From Rhizophagus irregularis (Eukaryota), in contig NC_089434.1 of the NCBI RefSeq assembly GCF_026210795.1, positions 620,001 to 684,000 on the forward strand: 64,000 nucleotides of DNA. The letters run 5' to 3'. The position numbers and the translations under genes are program-made. The notes beneath the pieces are model-generated. The model was not told the origin of the DNA. It saw only the letters and a program-made list of their open reading frames with translations, and searched no databases. Position 1 is the first letter of the stretch, and each line of letters begins with the position of its first letter. Positions 38,904 to 52,555 of this stretch are shown in pieces.

Positions 38904-40500
38904 TACTACTCGATTATCGCACTGGTCAAGGGTCAAGGGACCCTACAAGAAATAAACAAACGTAAGCAATGATCCAAGAAGTGCAATCAGATCCTCACAT
39001 CCAAAATTAAAATAGAGTTATTAATGAATATTTTTTATAATATTTTACTTGTATTTCAGGATATATTTACAATTTTCGCAATTCTTTTCATTTTTTTTTT
39101 ATTTTTCATTTCAGTTAATTACGAATACCAATGATATTTACTGATTTTATTGACTTATTTTTGTCATAATTTACCGTTTTATCTTTATATATCTTAGATT
39201 ATAATTTTTATAAATAATGGCTATTGGCCGCAGGATTAATCTAAAGCGAATTATTATGCTTATTTTTATATCCATAATGATAATTTTTATAATAATATTA
39301 ATTGAAATTCATTATAAATTAGCGTGTGAAGGTGTGATAAGTTTATAATCTTTTAAGCAATGAAAAGCATAAGGTAAAAAATATGGTGCGACACAAGTTC
39401 GTTTTAAAAGAAAATTATTATTAAATGTATTATATAAATATGTAATAACCATTTTAAAAAATATTCCTATGAAGATTACAGTCCTTGAGATCGACATTCG
39501 CTAATTCAAGATTTTTAGATATAGCTTCTTCAGGAGTCAGGACAATCTACTTTATTACTAAACTATTTATTTCAGATTTTTTTTAAAAAATAATCTTTTA
39601 GCAAATTTCTATGCGAAATTCAAAAAGGATTATAATAAGTTTAATATGCACATAAATCGAAACATCATTCACTATAGTTTCATGTTTGAAGCAAGTAGTT
39701 AAACGTAAATAAAAATAATAATTAAATTGACTCAATTTTTAGAGGTTGAATATTGAAAGTTGCAATTTTTTTTTTTATGCTCATCAAAAACTATTTATAT
39801 TCCTAACATCTGAATCCTTTGTATAAAACTTTCAGCCCATATTTATTATTATCTTTTTTTAAAAAAAATGATTTAATGTTAAAAAACAATCAATTATGTC
39901 TATATCTGACGACTGAACATTTTAATAAAGTAATTGTTTGTCAGTAAATCCATAGGAATGATGCAAAAGGATGGGAATGAAATTTAATAATGGCAATTGT
40001 CCGGAGCGGAGAAAGGAAACCATTTTTATATTATCTTGTGTTAACCGTCAGTCGTGGCCAAACCAATTTGTTTTGCCGTTGGCTGATTTGGCTGATCGAC
40101 CAAAGCCAACGGCCAAAATTGATGACTAAAGTTGATTGGGAATTGAGAACTAAATAGGCCAAATCGGCCAAACATAATATTAATCAAATGGCCAAGAATC
40201 TAATTCATTTTCATACATGATTCATTAGTACAGTAAAAAATTGTTTTATAAAATTATTTTATTAGATGTCTCAATTTGGTGGTTTTATTGAAGTATTAAT
40301 AGAGAAAACAATTTTACTGAGGATATTTTAGATTAATTGTAATTTTATAATTTTCAAAATAAATAAATAAACATAAAATTGAATAAATTTGATAATGAAA
40401 GATAAATCATTATCATTATATGGTCAGAATTTATTAGAGACTTTGCCATTTTGGCTGGCTAAAACTTATTAAAAAGTTTGGCCGCCATTTTGGTGGCCGG

Positions 40501-41022
40501 TGTAGTGCCAGAATTCATCATAAAACACAACCGAACACAAAGTAGTAGGTAAATCAAAACCAACAAGAAGAAAATCAATTGTAGAATGACGTAATTAATG
40601 ATTAGCAATCACGTGATCTTAAATAGCAATGATTACATAATCAAGAAGATCATTTAACAGGACGATCATTTAACCTGATGATCAGCAAGAAGTACCCGAA
40701 TTGACGATCAGTCAAGGACTTAATGATCAGCATGAGAACCATCTGACCTGATGATCAACCAAACAGGTTATGTGGCACAGCCAAGGAATAGGAACATTTA
40801 AACAATTGTAACTTAGAAATACCAATAATATTTTAATATCACCTAGAAATTAGTGAAACCCCAATTTGTATAAAATAACTCAATTTTCCTCTTGTTTTAC
40901 CAGAGACTTTTTTCAACAGAATTCCCAGAAAATTTCCTGAAAAGAAATTTAGTCTCGAAGTACTGAACCAAGTCCTTTATGTATTTTTTTTCAAGAAAAA
41001 TAATAAAGTTAAAAATTTAACA
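40501..41022 (+). mobile_element. Putative LTR (TG...CA) of a truncated LTR retroelement
   Basis: Starts TGTAGTG, ends AATAAAGTTAAAAATTTAACA. Internal TATAAAA and repeated GATGATCA motifs. No second LTR or TSD found. Confidence 0.35.
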
Positions 41023-41313
41023 TCGAAATATTTTAAGTGCGTAAGGAAACTATGTACGAAACTTTGTAACCATACTTATGCATGTATTTAACATGTCCAA
41101 CAAATAACATGACCGAACTTATAAAATCGAAACATGACTATAACATAAATCAAATGAACTTATATTAACATCAAACAATAACGCTATCAAAAGATGTATA
41201 GTCATAAAATAATAAAACCAAACTCATATAATATCAAACCTAAATGTCTAATTATAAGACCCAAACTCAAACGATAAATCTATAACGTTAATATTTCCAT
41301 ATTAAAACCAAAC

Positions 41314-41695
41314 TAGAGTTTGGAATCGATTAAGGTTAATCAATTAATTAATCGACTAAGACGGTTAATCGATTAAGGTATCTCAAAAATCGGTTAATCG
41401 ATTAAAATTATCAACCCATAATTCTGGTCAAATTATCTAATGCGGCCCAAAGCTGTGAATTTTTGGTCACGTGTTCTCTGAACTTGGAAGAATTTGTATT
41501 AATTTTTTAATGATAATAATAATAAATAAGACTTTCCTTATAACTAAATGTATGATCAAAAACAATTTGGTGCAATCTGCGGTCAAAAAAAAAAAATTTT
41601 TAATATTTTAATATTAATCGATTATTAATCGATTAGGGCCCTTGGTTAATCGATTATTAATCGATTAAGGTTTTTTTGATCGGTTCCAACCTCTA
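41314..41695. mobile_element. hAT-type MITE (382 bp)
   Basis: 17-bp TIR TAGAG(T/G)TTGGAA(T/C)CGAT. Perfect 8-bp TSD AACCAAAC at 41306-41313 and 41696-41703. Subterminal TTAATCGATTA repeats. Confidence 0.9.
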
Positions 41696-42399
41696 AACCA
41701 AACTCATACAATATCAAACCTAAATGTCTAATTATAAGACCCGAACTCTAACGTTAACCCTATAACGTTAATGTCTCTATCGAACTATAACCAAACCAAA
41801 ATGAATATTGAGTCACAACCGATAGGAAAACTATGCCCAAACCTTTACAGCTATAGTTTACCATAACCAAACCCACTAAACCAAGCACTTATTTAATCCT
41901 TTTGTTATCATGTTTGCTAACCCTACTAACCTTTACTCCTTGTGACCAAGATGGTGGCAGCATCTTGTAGATAGTGGTGAACTGCCCGTCACACCAGCCA
42001 AAACGGCCAAATGCCAACACTGACTAACGTCATCTTAATTTTCTATTTTGGAATGATCCTACTCTACCTTATACGCCTTTTTTCGTTAGCATGATAACGG
42101 GTTGTAAGAAATATTTATGGAACTTGTTTCTTTAATTTATGAATATATACAATGTATATTGAAATAGAAAAATTGTTGGTTGATCTTGCATTAGCCGCTT
42201 ATCTATGTGCCATATTGATTAAATAGTTAAATATTATTTTATCTATTAGATCTTTTTTTACTGCTTTCCTTTTTCTTTCAACATTTTTAATATAAACGAA
42301 CTATTTTCACCACCATCCTTCAATATTAGTAATATTAATATTCCTGAAGAATTTGGTCTATCAAGAGAACTTTTTTTCTTTGATAACCTGGTAAGAATG

Positions 42400-42995
42400 A
42401 CCAAACTTAACATTAAACTTATTCCTATTCGTTGATTTAAAGATAATTATATGCAGATGGACCAAAACATGGTTGCAGCTAATGGTCCTTTTATAACAAC
42501 TCAAGGAGATCATGTAGTTGAAACTAACTATATGACAAATGGTATTGTGTTTCAAATTCGTGGTGATTTAAATAATGATGAAGAAAAAGTAAAGGCAAAG
42601 GCAAGGCGAATTAGAGATCTATATGGAAAAATTCCCAGTGTTTAAAGAAGTACTCAAGAAGGCCGTTGAGGATGAAGACTTTAGTCTTTATAATACTACC
42701 AATCAATGGATTATTAAAAAGGAACAGACAAGAAGGTAAGACTTCAATTCAACTACATAGTTTTGATGATTTAGATAGTACTGAAGATATTCCTCCACCA
42801 GAATATAAAAGACATAAGGGTCGGGTAGGATTAAAGTCTTCCATCGAGGGTAATAAGCTTTATCAGACAAATTAATACAATAGCAGGTGCGCCATTGGAG
42901 AATTCTCATGAAAATCGTGAAAGTAAAACTTTAAGGCGATGTAAGAATTGTTCATGTAATAGGACATTATGCAAAAAACATATACTGCTGATTAA
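42400..42995 (+). pseudogene. Mutator (MULE) transposase C-terminal relic
   Basis: Frameshifted fragments NIKLIPIR*FKD (post-SWIM motif), LYGKI, KRHKG..LKSSIE and the zinc knuckle RRCKNC/HVIGHYAK. Confidence 0.55.
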
Positions 42996-44209
42996 TTGTA
43001 ATGGTTAATTTATTTGTTTATTTGTACATTAATCATTGTAATGAATAATATTTGTAACTATATTGCTTTCAATTTTCAATTTTAATTAACAAGGGTCTCT
43101 CTAATTTTAAATTTGCAAACTTTGAATTATATTTATTAAATCTTTAAAATAATGACTCGAATTACTAGATTCCGGCTCTCTTCGGTTGCCGGAGTATTCA
43201 ATCACCTGATGATCATATTCATGCTATCATTTCATCAGCCACATTTGCCGAAATTCATGTGGGCATATGATCTACTCTGATTGGTCAAAATTTAGCGGTT
43301 GACAAATAAAAATTTATCCCCGGTTAGCAAGCAAAATTTTTCATTTAAATAAATAGGTATGCTTAATTAAATACAATTAATAAATTTGTTAAGTTCAAAA
43401 AGGTCATGTTACGGATAATTGTTGAAAAACACATGAAAATTTGATTTTTATTAAAAATTACATTTATCCTTTAATTCTAGCCATAATCTCAAAATTTTTG
43501 ATGCAACTTATACAACTTATTTTGTGTTAGGTTATCAAATTATTTATACAACCAAAATAATCTTCGCACTTCCTTTAATTTTTTTTAAATTCGCAAATAG
43601 GCTTAATTTTATTTTTTTTATACATATTCTTTTTTGTAATTCTGTTGATTAAATCGCTGTTATATGAACGACCCTAGCATTATCAATAAAAAAAAAGTGG
43701 TAGCCGGATTTGTTTCCAGGTTACACATAATCTGCGCACATGATTTGGATAATTATTATTCGGTATTTTAAACCTTGAACGCCACACATTGAGATATTTT
43801 TCTAAAAATTGTTGTCATATCAAACAAAATAAGGTTTTTAATGTCATTGTACAGTACTAGAGAAAGTTGGTATTTTTAAACGAATAAGGAATTATTTTGA
43901 AAAAAATGTTTCAAATGCCGAAATAATATTAAAGGATCACGTTAAATAAAAAATAAAATTTGAAAATCTGGCACGATAATTAGTTATGCAGTTATAACAG
44001 GAATCATATCCAATTTTTTAATCTCTTTAAGTAATAATAATGAACTCTATGAAGGAGGAAATACTAAATTAAGTATTAGTTTTGATATTGACCTATCAAC
44101 ATTAATTGATGTAGTTTTAGAAAATAATGATAGTGAAAATATTAATTGTGAAATTTGGCGTTATATTGTATTTCTTATATCAGAAAGTGATGTTTACATA
44201 CTTACAATC

Positions 44210-44330
44210 GGCTGATTGGAAAAATCAAGCCAATTAATATTTAAGCTCAGTTAATGAGTTCATTATATAACTGATGGGTTACTTAATTGTCATTAGCATA
44301 TAAAATTATGGGAGGCTTTTCTGATCAGCC
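44210..44330 (-). mobile_element. 121-bp MITE-like element, copy B (inverted relative to 38550-38670)
   Basis: Reverse-complement match to copy A across its length; termini ATCGGCTGAT...ATCAGCCGAT. Confidence 0.75.
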
Positions 44331-46481
44331 GATATGCTTAGTATATTTGCTTTACATATTTTTTATTTTAGATAACGTAAATTAGTTAATACGAACCTGT
44401 ATATATTTATACTGATCTATACTATACAATCTATACATGTAGCCGAATCCGAAAGATTCGAAATCTGAAGCGAAACTCTGGCCGAAATTTAAGAACATGA
44501 CCGAAATTATTTTGTAATTCTGGCCAGCCAGAATTATAAATCGCGTGACTTCGGATAAAAGTTTGGCCACCAGGTGAGATTGTTAAACAAGAAATTTTAT
44601 ATGACTGGCCGAAACCAAAACCTTGAAATTATACCATACTTCATAGGCTTTCGTAACTTCACAGACTCACAGGTCGAGAGATATGGTTTACATGAAGTTT
44701 ATACTATTAAAATTTGGTGGAAATCTGTCCAATTTCCATGGTGTACGCCAGATTTCAATGAAGTTTCCAGTTTTTGTGGAAATGTAGTTTCAATCACGTA
44801 CATCAAGGTTTCCATAGTGTATCACTTCGAACAGTGACTTTACCATTCAGTTTTTTTTTCTAATTTAATGGAGTAATATGTAAAAAATAAATTGCAAAAT
44901 CTAAATTAGGCGTGTAATTTTGTATTATGTATTTACTTAACTCAAGTGTGCGCATCTTTATTAGCTAGATTTTATATAATGCTACACAAAACTTAAATTC
45001 GTGATATCTTTAGTTCTTTACTATTTAATTTAATAGCGCCACAAAAAATATAATAGCGAAATTAAAATACATATTTTAAACACTTTTTAGACTCCTTGCA
45101 AAATAATTCGAGGTAATTCGGAATTTACATTTTCTCATAAAATAGTAATATTATACTTTATGATTATTTTTATTCACTCTGTATTTATTCTTATTTATTA
45201 CAACTACTTTTATTATTTTTTAGAAGTTTACTTCTGTAACAGCCTATTGAAATAAATAAAGCAAAAAGATATATATTTTTACAGAATAAAAGGATAAATT
45301 TTCGGTAAATGATTTGGGTTTTTTTTCATTTTATAATAAACATTTTGGAGTTTTTTTTTCTTTTTATAATAAACTAATTATATATATTTTTCCTATTTCT
45401 TTTAGAAGTTATTTGTAAAAGTCATTAATTTTATTCTATTAAAGACTTATAAGAAATATACAGTAATTTAAATTTTGCTGATTGAAGTAATTTATTCATT
45501 AATTTTTTATCGCTCATGCACATATACTAAATAATTATTTTATATTCATTTGGAAGAAGAAAATCTACCCTAATTTTAGAATCAAAGACTATTAATATTG
45601 AATCACTACATGTTATATCATTTATATTCTATTTTGTATTAAAGAATATTATAAAAAAAATAGCGAATTATTTTTAAGGAAAAGTTGTGAAAATATTTAT
45701 AGATATTTATAGAATCTTACTTAAGATTATACTGTATATGAATATATACTTTGCATATCCGAATAAATTTTATAGTTTATTGTGTTAAAAAGATTGTTGT
45801 TCGAATAATTTCAAGATAAAAAGACGAAACTTTGGCTTTTTGTTAAATTACATTTTTTTTTTACTTTTTTCCTCAGATTATGATGCAAACTATAGGACTA
45901 AATTATCGACATTATATGACCAATGATAATAATCATCGGTCTTTTTAATTTTTAATAGTAATAATAGTAATTAATTTTGACAAATGTATTGCACTAGGAT
46001 TACACCGTTATATTGTTTTGATTACGTGTCTATATATAAATTATATTTCTTTGTAATACAACATACTATTAAATAAAGCTAATTGGCATTTTCCAGCACA
46101 ATTTTAATTTTATTTCTAATTGTCATGTTTTTGCCGGTTATCAATAACTGTATTCTGCAATATTTCACTTGTTGTTTAGCGAATATAATATTATAATTTT
46201 TTTTAACTAAGAGCGGCTTTAAACTCAAAATATAATATTACGAAATGAACTATTTAAATTACAAACTAAAAATTGTAAGAAATCTTACTATTCTAGTTTT
46301 AGTGTTTAAAATAATTCAAGATAAATAAAAATAGAAATAAAAATGAAAGAAAAAATAATTCGATTGTATTTTAGTTCTAACATGTAATAGTAGTTTATGT
46401 TAGGTATTAAGTAACTTCACAGAATATCGAAATGGTACAAAAATTTTAATTATTTTACTAAGTATTCATTAATTTCATTAC

Positions 46482-48471
46482 CATCGGGAATTCTCAAATC
46501 ATCTAGCTCTTTTGAATTATCACGTATTTCGATTTTATCTGTAAAATAAAAAATGAATTAACGCTAACTATCATAGTAATCTGTTATAAAAAGACAATTA
46601 AATTTTTAATTTATTGTTGTTCTGATAAATACTCGATTTATCAAATAATTAAAATAATTAATTAATTGTTTTTTATGTAAAATTATGAATACTTACCGCA
46701 ACTATTATAAGAATTATTAGAGTCATATGGTTTACCGTAAAATTCTATTATAAACAAATATATTTTAATTATACTTGATTTTAATGATTAAAAAATCGTT
46801 AAATTTATATTATTTATTATATTACCTTCTTGTTCTTTAAATTGAAAAAAAAATTATATTAACGTTAATAACAACAATAGAAATTAAATGATTAATAAAC
46901 ATTGATGCAATTGAATAATTATACCTTCTGTCGTACTCCTTAATTCATGAATTTTACTTGTACGTAATTTACTACTTGTGAAAGTTGTTTCTTCGTCCAT
47001 TTTTATTTTTAATTTTTTCGGTTTAATAGGATAATATTTTATTTCTTTCAAAAGTTCATTAATATCAGGTCTTTTTGATGGATCAGCATCCCAACATTGT
47101 TCCATTAATTTTTTATATTTTGGGGGAGTTCCTGATACTATTTCTGGTCTAATACCATGAATTACTATATCCAACGTAAGACCTAAATCATTCCGATATT
47201 TATTATCATTGAATGGTGGTTGTCCAGATGAAATTTCCCACATAAGCATTGCAATACTATAAATATCAGATTTATAAGAATATTTTTCTCTTCTTAACAC
47301 CTCGGGTGCTATGTAAGGAAGATTTCCATATATACTTGTTGGTGACTTGTCTGCAGGACCACAAAATCCAAAATCACTAATGTACCAACCATTATTAAAC
47401 TGGGAGTATAATATATTTCCAGAATGCAAATCTCTATGAATTAAATTCTCTTTATGAATACAATTAAGTGTATTCACTATTAAATAAATAAGATTAATTC
47501 TTTCTTTCCATGTAAGTTGGTTATGATTTAGTTTTAAATAATCTCTTAAATTTATATCCATCTTATTCATTACAATTATGTAATTTCCATTTGATGGATT
47601 TTGGGTTAATCCATAACAAGGAATAACCTCCGAATACTTATTACTTATCGTAATAAGTGACCTAACCTAAAATAAATAATTTTAAAAATTTTTAATAATT
47701 TTAAAGAATATTATATTTTTTAAAAATTTTAGATTAGTACAAACCTCTTCAAACCAACTTTGACTTGTACTATTAACATTTTCTAATTCTTTAAGTACTA
47801 CTTTACCAGGTCCAGATTTTATTAATCGTTGTTTTTTAGAGTTCCAATTTTGATATTTTCCATCAATCCAAATGGCTGTATAAATATTGGAGAAACCACC
47901 TTTTGCTAAATACTTAATATCTTTTAAATTTTTATATGGAATCCATTCAGTTATATTATCTGGTCCAAATGTTTCTAATTGACATTTCTGTATTAAATTA
48001 TCGATATCATTATTTCCAGATGTCCAATATTTAAAATTTTTCTTTAAAAAATTTCGAACACAATATTCACAGTATAATGTAGCCAAGGATTTTTGATTAC
48101 AATTTTTACATTTTCTTTCTAAATAAAAATTATAAAAATTTGACAAATAAAGGTTATTTGATACGAAATTATACGAAATTAAAAATTTATTTGAATATTC
48201 AAAACGAAAAACTATTAAGAAGATCTAGTGAAAATACAATACCTATTCCTGAATTATAAAACATTTTTTCTCTGTCATAATCTTTATTACGTAATCTTAT
48301 TGCTTCCATTTTCTCACTTTTTGTAAGAGATTTATCAGAAAGAATTATTTCTTCAATTAATTCGTGCTGATGGTGAAAGTCTATATGAGTATTATAACTA
48401 ATGAAATCAATTATTAGTGCTGTTGCTCTATTAATTGTCATGTTTATTAATACCTTTCGAAGTTTAGGCAT
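46482..48471 (-). CDS. TKL-family protein kinase, close paralog of 1568-3876 (last exon not resolved)
   Basis: KGGFSNIY, VLK, HRDLHSGN, SDFG, YIAPE. Exons 48471-48243, 48118-47745, 47666-46925, 46834-46826, 46744-46697 and 46538-46482. Confidence 0.88.
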
Positions 48472-51129
48472 GATTATCGAAAAAAAAGTGGAATGTATTT
48501 TTCAAAATTATTAAAAGTCAGAAATAAAAAGAAAATAAAATCATCCCATATACTAATGACGTGTAACCTACTAATGTAATATATCTTATGTCATGTGCCA
48601 TCAACTCCTATTTCTTTTATTTTCGTTACCTGATAGAATTGGGTGTTACTTCTGTTACGATAACATGTACTAGTGTATGGGTTTATATCTTGTAGACTTG
48701 TAGTGTATGGTCAAATATCACTTACAGATCTACATTGTTTGTCACCAAATGCTAGACGGTACCACATATGGAACCATACACTACATGTTTGTTATATACT
48801 CCTTACTCCTATTTGTTACAAAAAAAAAAAGTATAATCCGATGCTGGTGTATCGCTTTTTTATTTTATATAGGGTAATTTAAACAAGACGATGTCACAGA
48901 ATTTTTGTTTTTTTAATTAACTGAGTTTAATATTCAAATTATTGCGGATGGAAGTTATTACAATGTTTTATACGTCATAAGCTTTAAACTTCACAACAAA
49001 TCATTCTCGTTAACCAACGTACTTATAAAATTTTGTATAAAATTTTTTTTTTTTAACGAAGTATATCAAACTAGTGATCTTTTATTTTTTTTTCGATATT
49101 GATAATAGCTTTTAATTATCTAAATATATGTAAAATAATTTTAATTTTAGGTAATAAAATTTAATTTAAATATTGTTAAGCAAAGAAATTAAAGTTAAGG
49201 AGAATTTTAAAATCAAAAAAGGGAAACTGCATTATTTTATGATTAACTTTTTTTTAATTATTTTTAAGGTTTATAATTTATCATCTTTTTTTCATTCACA
49301 AGTTGTGAAATATACACAAATTGTGAAATATAGACAAATTATCGTCTGATATGTATCATATGACCGGAGGCTGAGGCAGTAGTCAACACCGCTCAAAATA
49401 TTTTCGAAATATACACAAACAATCGTCGGCTTCTCCAATAGGATATTCTATAACACAAGTTACTTCTCTGTCCTCTCCACTCAAACTTAGCGTCTGCAAC
49501 AAATATTTTATTGCCGTTTTTCAAAACAAAGCACACATATGTAATGTGTGTAATGTGCAATGCAACACAGACACATTCTTTTAACCTTGTTGACACTGTA
49601 ACGCTCAATCCCGTGATATGGGTCCTTACCACGTTGAGACGTTAACAATTATTTTATTATAAAACTAGCCGTAATCCGTCGCGCTGCGCCGGGATATACA
49701 GTATATTAATTGCATATTATAGTGTATGTATTGAAAAGAAAATTCTGATTTATGTTTAGAAATTTTGTTACTTATATAATACTAAATTTCGTTTGTAATT
49801 AGAAATTTGAAGAATTGAAAGTAAATAAATAATTCAAAATAAAATAAATAATAAAAATTAAATAAAATAAAGATTTAAAAGGTAAAAAAAAAAAGCCTAG
49901 TACCCTCAGAAAAAATTTTTTTATATAGAAAAATTCTTTCACACATTAAAAAATTTTTTATATGTTAAAAAAAACTTTTTGCATGTTAAGAAAAAACTGA
50001 AGTAGTTATGTAGATTTGTATTTAATATTAGACTAAGAATTTAATTTTAAGAAGACATTGTATAATACTGAACATACAGTAATATATATTATATATTTAT
50101 TAGTATAATAATACAATTGAATGATATAAATATATATATTTACAATATTTAGAATACAATAATGTGAAGTGTATTTACAATATGATTAAATTAGAATGAT
50201 TTAGTATTACAATAACTTGATACAAATATTATAATATTAAACAAATGTTGCAGTATTATAGAATTTATGGTTTGTACGTTTACAGACTCATCACAAAATC
50301 AATTCTGAATAATTAATTGTTACAAAAAAAAAAATAAATAAATTTCTCAGAATACCATCATGCGAATGTATTATTACAGAAGATTATATCATAGTAATTA
50401 ATCTATTGTTTAAAATAAAAATTTATATTAAAAAAAAATTTCCATTATCAAATCTATTGTTACAAAAAAAAAAAAATTCTTATCATCAAAGCCTATTGTT
50501 ATTACTAAAAAATTGATAGAACTATTACTTAGTAGTATTAGAATGACGGGAAACAAAAACAAAGTAAATTTTTTATAATAATACTAGCTGGATGCCCGCG
50601 TTTTACGCGGGCCTGGCTATTAAAATTATGAAAATCAGATACCTTTCTGCTAAGCTGTTATATAAAGTCTAGAATGGTTATTAGCATTAATTTAGAATTT
50701 TGTGGTAAATAGGGAATCATAGGCTGTGTATGGCAAGGGATTTTTATAAACGCCGTCGGAATTGCCGAATTGAATTTATGGCGTTACGAAATATGGATTT
50801 TACCATTTAAATATCTAACAAATCATCAAGATCAGCATTATAGATTTACGGATTACAAATTATCTTCGGCATAATAAAAAAAAAATATTTACTTTCTCTG
50901 TGTAATTTTTGTATATTTAGCATTAAATAATTACGGCATTACGACGATTTAATATATTACGGTATAAACTTCATATGCCGTAGTGATTTTACAGCACTCA
51001 CAATCCTTGCGAAATATTTTAAAAATTATTACATATTAATAGGAATATTAATCATTACAAAGTATAACAGATAATGAGTGTCAGTATAAATAATATGCAA
51101 TACATTTTTTATTATAATAGTTATTATAA

Positions 51130-52010
51130 TAGTCATAGTGGTTCATTAGGAAGCCGGGCAAACCTAAAAAACATCCAAAGAATCATTAGACCTAAAAAAA
51201 GGTACCAAAATTTAAAAAAAGAAAAGAAAAAATGATTAGTAATTATGAAAAAGAATTTTTTAAAAAAAATTAAAAATATAATTCAAACTAACCTTCACTC
51301 TGAAGGGTACCACCAAAACCTAAAAAAGAGAAAAGGGTGTTCCCTACAAAAAAAAAGTTAAATTAGTGACATTTTTTAAAGTTTAAAATTCATTTTCAGA
51401 ACTTACCCAAAGTTCTCAAAAATTGATCATCTACTAAAAAAAGAAAAGAATGAATCATCAATAATGTTTCGTTAAAGAAATAATGTTAGGAAAATATTAT
51501 TTACCAAAATTTACATATGTCCAAGGTGTTGCAGTACTGTCTAAACTACAAAATATAGAACACAAAATGTTAGTTTTAATGTTTCATTTCATTAAGAAAT
51601 AAAAAAAATTAATGAAAAACACTTACAAATTCCATGTCTGGAAAGAGCCAAAGAACCACCCTACAGAATGCAAAAATAAACATTAGTAAACATTTTGTTA
51701 ACTAACATTATGTTAAAAGAAGCATTTTAAAAGAACCTACTAAAATTTCACACGTCCAGAATCATGAACAAACCATATAAAAAAGGAAGAAACATGATGT
51801 TAGTAAATGTTTTGTTAAAAAATTTTTCAAAGAAAAAATACTCACCACAATTCTGTTCGTGTATAAATTATTCCTTATTCAGTTATCTAAAAAAATGAAA
51901 AATCAAACTGTTAGAAATGTTTGATTAAAAGAAATGTATTAAATCCTTCCTTACCAAATTTCCACGCGTCTGAAGACAAACCAAGAAAACCACTGATACC
52001 TAAAAAAAGA
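51130..52010 (-). other. Array of about 8 exon/intron-like cassettes (period about 110 bp) inside the Helitron
   Basis: Minus-strand donors (GTAAG/GTGAG/GTAGG), CTAAC-like branch sites and poly-T-TAG acceptors at about 51290, 51402, 51500, 51622, 51736, 51841 and 51950. Confidence 0.55.
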
Positions 52011-52555
52011 AAGCTTTATTTTTTGGGTTTTTTTTTGGTTTTTTGCATAGTTATTAAATACCTGTAATTGCTGTTATTAGAAATGTTCAATCCCCCTGGT
52101 AAAATCCTACTTTGAGAGCTGTGCAGGCATTAGAAATTAAAAATTAAATGTAAAAGAAAAGGTTTATTTTTTTTTAAAAGAAAGGGATTTTTTTTTCGTC
52201 ATATGGGAAAATTCAGAAACTGAAAAATATTTTTTTTTAAAAAAAAAAAGAAAATGTGTCGTATGGGAAAATCCAAAAAACTTTTTTTTTAAAAAAAACA
52301 ATGATGATTGCTCAATAAATTTTTTATATTTTATATTACAATTAGTACTAATTGGATTAGTTGCTATAATTTGTTTTTACGCCAATCATTTATGCAGCCT
52401 AAATTCAAAATTGTATTGGGATTAGAGCTGCTAATCAATGTCAAATGATGCGCCACTCCGAATCCCTATATAAAAATCTGTAGCACAGGGCGCAGACACA
52501 TGATGATGGACGATCCAATTTAAATCCACCTTTTTATGCAGGGTAGTCTTAACGT

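Larger units (their letters stand above)
40049..42022. mobile_element. Degenerate hAT-like insertion carrying nested elements
   Basis: Interrupts the dispersed repeat, which is continuous in the 17.2-kb copy. Ends CAGTCGTGGC... and ...GCCAACACTG with GGCCAA/TTGGC subterminal motifs. Imperfect 8-bp flanks TTAACCGT/ACTAACGT. Confidence 0.55.

Noticed and set aside
19216..42447. TGA at expected Trp positions in the CRN-like and MULE relics, suggesting UGA=Trp (Mollicutes endobacterial) DNA
   Set aside because: Both are truncated or frameshifted eukaryote-type relics, and intact genes here use TGG for Trp and TGA as stop. Simple G-to-A transitions explain it.
50730..51010. Possible MITE (GCAAGGGATT...AATCCTTGC, TTACGG motifs) within the Helitron
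   Set aside because: The TIR is short and imperfect and there is no TSD, so it is not supportable.
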